Part shown: piece by piece, positions 54,871-59,400 of the stretch
Position numbering within the stretch: position 1 is the first letter of the stretch
Layout of the letters: each line of letters starts with the position of its first letter
Assembly (NCBI GenBank): GCA_046731855.1
Contig: JBKPLX010000168.1
Coordinates: 1 to 59,400 of the forward strand
From: Verrucomicrobiota bacterium
GTDB taxonomy: Bacteria > Verrucomicrobiota > Verrucomicrobiia > Chthoniobacterales > UBA10450
DNA: 59,400 nt
Reading direction: 5' to 3'
Position numbers and translations under genes: made by a program
Notes under the pieces: generated by a model
Told to the model about the DNA's origin: nothing
The model's input: only the letters and a program-made list of their open reading frames with translations
Databases searched by the model: none

Positions 54871-55623
54871 ATGCTTGAACTCGTAGCAGCCGGCGGCGGT
54901 CTTCTTTTTGCGTTCGATCACGCGACGATCGCGGGAAAACTCGTTCTCACTCTGCTCGCCATCGTCTCCATTTTCAGCTGGTCAATCATGATCACGAAAT
55001 TGCGCGTGATCCGGTTTGCCCGAAAACAGAACGCGCGTTTTCTCGCCGCTTTTCGACAGGATCGACAGCCGTTGCGTCTATTTGAGAAGAACGCGCGCTT
55101 TCCGGGATCGCCCGTGTTTAACGTGTATCGCGCCGGCTGTGAGGAAATGACGTTTCATTTGCTGGGTTCTCCGGAGGTGGATGACACATTTCGCGCGCGA
55201 CTCGGAATCGCTGACAAAATTTCACCAGCACAAATGGGCGCGGTAAACGCCGCGATGGAACGCGCGGTCGGCGAAACAGCGCTTTCACTCGAATCGCAGA
55301 TGATCTTGCTCGCAACTGCGGTAAGTGGTTCGCCCTTTCTCGGCTTGCTCGGTACAGTTTGGGGCGTGATGGATGCGTTCACCGGCGTGGCGGAAGCAGG
55401 CTCGCCAAACCTCGTCTCGATGGCGCCCGGTGTTTCGGGTGCGCTCATTACCACGGTGACCGCGCTCTGTGTCGCGATTCCAGCAATGTTCGGATACAAC
55501 TTTCTCGTTACCAGCATTCGCGGGATCATCGTGGAGATGGACAATTTTGCGGCCGAGCTCGCTTCCGAATTCGAGCACAAATACGTCGATCACAGCGTGC
55601 GTGAATCGGCATTTCGCAGATGA
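54871..55623 (+). CDS. exbB: MotA/TolQ/ExbB proton-channel family protein
   Basis: 250-aa ORF with three TM segments. ATAVSGSPFLGLLGTVWGVMDAF and GVSGALITTVTALCVAIP are typical. It is followed by exbD and tonB-like genes with overlapping or abutting boundaries. Confidence 0.8.
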   Translation: MLELVAAGGGLLFAFDHATIAGKLVLTLLAIVSIFSWSIMITKLRVIRFARKQNARFLAAFRQDRQPLRLFEKNARFPGSPVFNVYRAGCEEMTFHLLGSPEVDDTFRARLGIADKISPAQMGAVNAAMERAVGETALSLESQMILLATAVSGSPFLGLLGTVWGVMDAFTGVAEAGSPNLVSMAPGVSGALITTVTALCVAIPAMFGYNFLVTSIRGIIVEMDNFAAELASEFEHKYVDHSVRESAFRR

Positions 55624-56036
55624 GACGCTACTCGCAACGCCAGAGCCTTTCGACGCTCAGCGAGATCAATATTACACCGCTACTCGATCTGGCATTCGTG
55701 CTGCTCATCATTTTCATGATCACGACGCCGTTGCTAGAAAGCAGCATGAACCTCGTGATTCCAACGAGCGGTGCGACAAATCCGCCGATCAAGTCAGGAC
55801 AGATGCAAATTGTGTCGATCGACCGCAGCGAGACGATTCGATTTAACAATCAGGTAATCGATTTGAAAGCGCTCACGGCCCGGCTCTCGGAATTGAAGCA
55901 GACGAATCCAGACGTCGCCGTCGTGATTCGACCAGATCGCGAGTTGCCTGTGCAAAAATTGATTGCGCTGATGGACGCCCTGAAGCGGGCGCAAATTACA
56001 AAAGTCGGTATTGCCACCAGGGCAGAGTCGAAATAG
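55620..56036 (+). CDS. exbD: ExbD/TolR biopolymer transport protein
   Basis: 138-aa ORF. INITPLLDLAFVLLIIFMITTP is the family signature. Confidence 0.85.
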   Translation: MRRYSQRQSLSTLSEINITPLLDLAFVLLIIFMITTPLLESSMNLVIPTSGATNPPIKSGQMQIVSIDRSETIRFNNQVIDLKALTARLSELKQTNPDVAVVIRPDRELPVQKLIALMDALKRAQITKVGIATRAESK

Positions 56037-56963
56037 ATGTCGACGAATCCGCCTTCGCGTGGCTACGGCGTGACAAGCCCGAGGTTTTGGCGAAACGTCA
56101 CGCTAATCGCGCTCGCGCATCTCGCACTGATCGCAGGATTAATTCACTGGAGCTTGGCAGCGCGAAGCGCGCCAGAGACGGAGAGCTTGGTTTGGTTGAC
56201 CGGCGTAGAAGAACTCGCTGCCGAAACATCAGAGACTGGCGCACCGGCTCGCCAAAAAATTTCGACTCCGCCTGTTGAATCTGAACCGTTGAAACCGCAC
56301 GAGACAGAAAAGGAACCGCCGTCTTTAACTCAGGCACGGAGCGAAATCGAATTGCCGACACCGAAACCGATACCAGTTGCGACGCCTGTTCCAAAAACGA
56401 CTACTTCTGCAGAAAAGACCAAGCCAACGCCAAAGCCAGCTCCCAAGAAAATTGTGTTGGCAAAAGCATCTAACTCACCTGCCCATGCGAAGCCGAGTCT
56501 GCGAAAATCCAAAGAAGAACAGCGTGATTCGATCGCAGAGAAAAAGAAGAGCGCGAAAGCTGCGAGTGCGAAGACTAAATCGTCATCCGACAACGGCAGT
56601 GGGAAAGCAGCTTCAGCTGGCAAAAGTGGCAGTGCGGGCGGCGGAAGCAGCGCTTCGGAGTTCGGATGGTATGGCAACATGCTGCATGACCGTTTTTACA
56701 GCGCGTGGATCCAGCCAACTACTACCGTCGCCTCGGGCGCGAAAATTTCGACGCTGGTTAAAGTTCGAATCGAAAAAGACGGGCGCGTCTCGAAATTCGA
56801 TATCATCAAGCCATCCGAGAATGTTGTGGTGAATGAATCCGTTGCGACAATTGCGAAGCGCGTGACTGAAGTTGATTCCCCGCCAACAGGACTTATTAAG
56901 GGGGATCACTACGACGTAAAAATCAATTTCGAGCTGAATACCAATCAGGAAACGGCGAAATAA
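56037..56963 (+). CDS. tonB: TonB-family energy transducer (TonB/TolA C-terminal domain)
   Basis: 308-aa ORF with an N-terminal TM anchor, a Pro/Lys/Ala-rich spacer and a C-terminal domain (YGNMLHDRFYSAW...VKVRIEKDGRVSKFDIIKPSEN). Confidence 0.7.
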   Translation: MSTNPPSRGYGVTSPRFWRNVTLIALAHLALIAGLIHWSLAARSAPETESLVWLTGVEELAAETSETGAPARQKISTPPVESEPLKPHETEKEPPSLTQARSEIELPTPKPIPVATPVPKTTTSAEKTKPTPKPAPKKIVLAKASNSPAHAKPSLRKSKEEQRDSIAEKKKSAKAASAKTKSSSDNGSGKAASAGKSGSAGGGSSASEFGWYGNMLHDRFYSAWIQPTTTVASGAKISTLVKVRIEKDGRVSKFDIIKPSENVVVNESVATIAKRVTEVDSPPTGLIKGDHYDVKINFELNTNQETAK

Positions 56964-57013
56964 TAAGTATCTCACCCCCCGCGCAGGATGTCGCCGGAAC
57001 GGAAATCCGAGAT

Positions 57014-58345
57014 TTAATCGCGATCTTTCGCGAATTTCTCCTCGATCAACCGATGTAGATGCTCAGATATTGCCGCATGATCGAGCCGTTGAACGACTTC
57101 ATCCAGAAAGCCTGTCACAATAAGACGCTGGGCCACTGGCACTGGAATACCGCGGGTGCGAAGATAAAAAAGTTCGTCTTCATCGATTTGGCCGGAAGTC
57201 GCCCCGTGGGTGCAACGCACGTTGTCGGCCAGAATTTCGAGGCCTGGCATTGAGTTGGCTTCTGCGTCGTCGCTTAACAAAAGGTTGCGAACTTTTTGAT
57301 ATGCATCGGTAAAATGGGCGTGCGGCTCTACTCGGATCAGTCCACCGAAAATGGTGCGAGCGCGATCGTCGAGGGCGTTTTTGTACAGGAGATCGCTCGC
57401 GGTATGCGGCGAAACATGGTCCTGTAGTGTGCGAGCATCGAATTCCTGCTCGTGCTTTGCTACAGCGACTGCAAGCAGGTCGCTGCGCCCACCCTCGCCG
57501 ACGAGGCGGCTTAAACTTTCGAAGCGCGAATAGCGCGAACCAAGATGCAAATTCAGGCTCATGGCCGAAGCATCATGATCGACTGTTGTCGAGTTCATTT
57601 GCAGCGCGATGACATTGTCTGCCCAGTTTTGCGCACACACGTACGTCACCTTCGCGCCAGGGCCGGCGACCAGGTCGTTTACACCACAGGCGAATCCGGG
57701 CACGTGTTCATTCACGGAGCGGAAGTGTTCGATCACGGTGACCTTCGCGAGCTCGTCCGTGACCAGGAGTAAATGCGGAAACGCGGAAGCATTTTCGTCA
57801 TTGAGCCAATGGAAAATCTCGATTGGCAACTCAATCTCAACGCCTCGCGGCACGTAAAGAAATGTCCCTGACGAAACTAACGCCTGGTGCAGCGCCGCGA
57901 ACTTGGCGGACCCGAGCTTTGCTGGTTGCGACATGAAATGTTTGCGGAACAAGTCCGCGTGCTCAACCATTGCCCGCTCAAGCGATTGGAAAATGACACC
58001 GCGCTTTTTCAATTGCTCGGAAATCACGTCGCGCTCAATCAGCTCGTCACCGGCGAAGATCATGCGCCCGGCTACCTCTTCGAGTCCGCGCGATTGCTCG
58101 AGAATAGTTGCGCGCTCCTCCTCGGCTAATGTGCCACCGTATTTGAACGGGCTTAGATCGAGAAGACCGACATTGGCGAATCGCCACGCTTGATCTTTTC
58201 GGGTTGGATTAGGCAAGGACTCAAATTGCTTCCAGGCTGCTCGCTGTTGATCACGGAACCAATCAGGAAATTCGCGCGTCTCATCCGGCCCGGAAAGAAT
58301 CGGCGTGGCTTGCTTCTCGATTGTCGATGTTTCGCTTCTGGTCAT
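57014..58345 (-). CDS. sufD: Fe-S cluster assembly protein SufD
   Basis: 443-aa ORF with the SufBD-family C-terminal beta-helix motifs (NLLLSDDAEANSMPGLEILADNVRCTHGATSGQIDEDELFYLRTRGI). Confidence 0.9.
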   Translation of the reverse strand: MTRSETSTIEKQATPILSGPDETREFPDWFRDQQRAAWKQFESLPNPTRKDQAWRFANVGLLDLSPFKYGGTLAEEERATILEQSRGLEEVAGRMIFAGDELIERDVISEQLKKRGVIFQSLERAMVEHADLFRKHFMSQPAKLGSAKFAALHQALVSSGTFLYVPRGVEIELPIEIFHWLNDENASAFPHLLLVTDELAKVTVIEHFRSVNEHVPGFACGVNDLVAGPGAKVTYVCAQNWADNVIALQMNSTTVDHDASAMSLNLHLGSRYSRFESLSRLVGEGGRSDLLAVAVAKHEQEFDARTLQDHVSPHTASDLLYKNALDDRARTIFGGLIRVEPHAHFTDAYQKVRNLLLSDDAEANSMPGLEILADNVRCTHGATSGQIDEDELFYLRTRGIPVPVAQRLIVTGFLDEVVQRLDHAAISEHLHRLIEEKFAKDRD

Positions 58346-58408
58346 TTAGATATAAGACACATAGGACTCTGCATCCTATGGTCGTAATCACGCGCGCCGG
58401 GTAACGGA

Positions 58409-59400
58409 TTATCCGACCGAGCCTTCCATCTCCAGCTCGATCAGTCGCTTGAGCTCGACGCTGTATTCCATCGGGAACTGGCGGACGAGATCGTTGACGA
58501 ATCCGTTGACGCTCAGGCTCATCGCCTGCGCCTCGGTGAGGCCGCGCTGTTGCATGTAGAAAATCTGCTCGGTGCTCACCTGACTGACGCTGGCTTCGTG
58601 TTGAACGGCGTTGCCCGTTCCGCGCACAGTGATCGCCGGATACGTGTCCGTGCGCGAGGTCGCATTGATAAGCAACGCGTCGCACTCGGTATTGTTCTTG
58701 CAATTCTTCAAGTGCTTCGGCACGTGGACCAAACCGCGGTAGGTGGCGCGGCCTTTTCCAATGGAGATGGATTTGGAAATGATGTTGCTGGTTGTCTCAT
58801 CGGCAGCGTGGATCATTTTCGCTCCGGTGTCCTGGTGCTGGCCGTCATTTGCGAGCGCGATAGAAAGAACTTCGCCGCGCGCCTTGCGACCCTTCATGAT
58901 CACGCTGGGGTATTTCATGGTGAGCCGCGATCCGATATTACAATCGATCCACTTCACTTCGGCGTTTTCCTGGGCAAGACCGCGTTTGGTGACAAGGTTG
59001 AACACGTTGGACGCCCAATTCTGCACAGTAATATATTGAATCTTTGCTCCCTTTAGGGCGACCAATTCCACGACGGCGCTATGCAACGTGGGCGTGTTAA
59101 ATTTCGGCGCGGTGCAGCCCTCCATGTAAGTCACTTCAGAGCCTTCATCGGCAATAATGAGCGTGCGCTCGAATTGTCCGAAGTTTTCTGCATTAATGCG
59201 GAAGTAAGCCTGGAGCGGATGCTTCACTTTCACGCCGGGCGGAACGTAAATAAACGAGCCGCCGCTGAAGACGGCGGAATTCAGCGCGCTAAACTTGTTG
59301 TCGGCTATCGGGATGACTTTGCCGAACCATTTCCGGAAAATTTCCGGATAATTTTTGAGGCCTTCCCTTGATCCAACAAAAATGACGCCCTGTTCGCCAA
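58409..59400 (-). CDS. sufB: Fe-S cluster assembly protein SufB (partial; N-terminus beyond the right edge)
   Basis: The frame stays open past the ORF-track Met to the window end (..[50 protein letters not shown]..). The SufB C-terminus reads [35 protein letters not shown]. Confidence 0.9.
   Translation of the reverse strand, partial: GEQGVIFVGSREGLKNYPEIFRKWFGKVIPIADNKFSALNSAVFSGGSFIYVPPGVKVKHPLQAYFRINAENFGQFERTLIIADEGSEVTYMEGCTAPKFNTPTLHSAVVELVALKGAKIQYITVQNWASNVFNLVTKRGLAQENAEVKWIDCNIGSRLTMKYPSVIMKGRKARGEVLSIALANDGQHQDTGAKMIHAADETTSNIISKSISIGKGRATYRGLVHVPKHLKNCKNNTECDALLINATSRTDTYPAITVRGTGNAVQHEASVSQVSTEQIFYMQQRGLTEAQAMSLSVNGFVNDLVRQFPMEYSVELKRLIELEMEGSVG

Noticed and set aside
58346-58408. 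sufB followed directly by sufD without sufC between them
   Set aside because: Gene order varies between phyla, and sufC could lie upstream of sufB beyond the window edge. This cannot be assessed from the window.
1-59400. Searching for CRISPR arrays, integrases or transposases, toxin-antitoxin pairs and classical defence genes
   Set aside because: I saw no spaced direct repeats and no recombinase, nuclease or TA-like ORFs. The only repeats are the 147-bp coding tandem array and the three palindromic elements.

Overview
This 59.4-kb bacterial chromosomal window has no rRNA, CRISPR array, integrase or transposase. Gene content and repeat type suggest a soil Verrucomicrobia- or Acidobacteria-like organism, but I cannot verify that without a database search.

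Positions ~1.6-43.2 kb form one ~41.6-kb, strictly co-directional (minus-strand) polysaccharide locus of the Wzx/Wzy type. It holds 31 CDS, one pseudogene and one tRNA-like gene:
- Assembly machinery: an initiating phosphoglycosyl transferase, 8 glycosyltransferases (GT4 x4, GT2, GT9, a GT-A-like and a CgeB-like), a Wzx flippase, a Wzy/O-antigen-ligase-family polymerase, and a Wzz/GumC-type co-polymerase fused to a P-loop domain with a degenerate Walker A.
- Nucleotide-sugar genes: an AlgD-like GDP-mannose 6-dehydrogenase, a GDP-mannose 3,5-epimerase, and a WbpB/WbpE/WbpD-like oxidoreductase, aminotransferase and N-acetyltransferase trio.
- Decoration genes: a pyruvyl transferase, three methyltransferases (one CheR-type), two deacetylase-fold proteins, two AsnB-type amidotransferases (one lacking the Cys nucleophile) and two FemAB/GNAT-like proteins.
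- Two paralogous secreted pectate-lyase-fold beta-helix proteins.

The most unusual element is a 94-nt Ser-type tRNA-like gene (18459-18552, minus strand). It has intact acceptor, D, T and variable arms but no usable anticodon loop. It lies in an intergenic spacer of this operon, which also encodes two FemAB-family proteins. I propose, as inference only, that it is a non-decoding aminoacyl carrier for polysaccharide decoration.

The right flank is housekeeping: gmhA, a rhomboid protease, GTP-PEPCK, a 1989-aa tandem-fused double UvrA, lgt, exbB-exbD-tonB, and sufD plus a partial sufB. The left edge is a partial secreted PQQ-like beta-propeller gene. An ~85-bp palindromic repeat family occurs three times. 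One copy is read through in frame in the linker of the UvrA fusion, and another supplies its stop codon.

All functional calls come from reading the supplied translations for motifs. No HMM or BLAST search was run.
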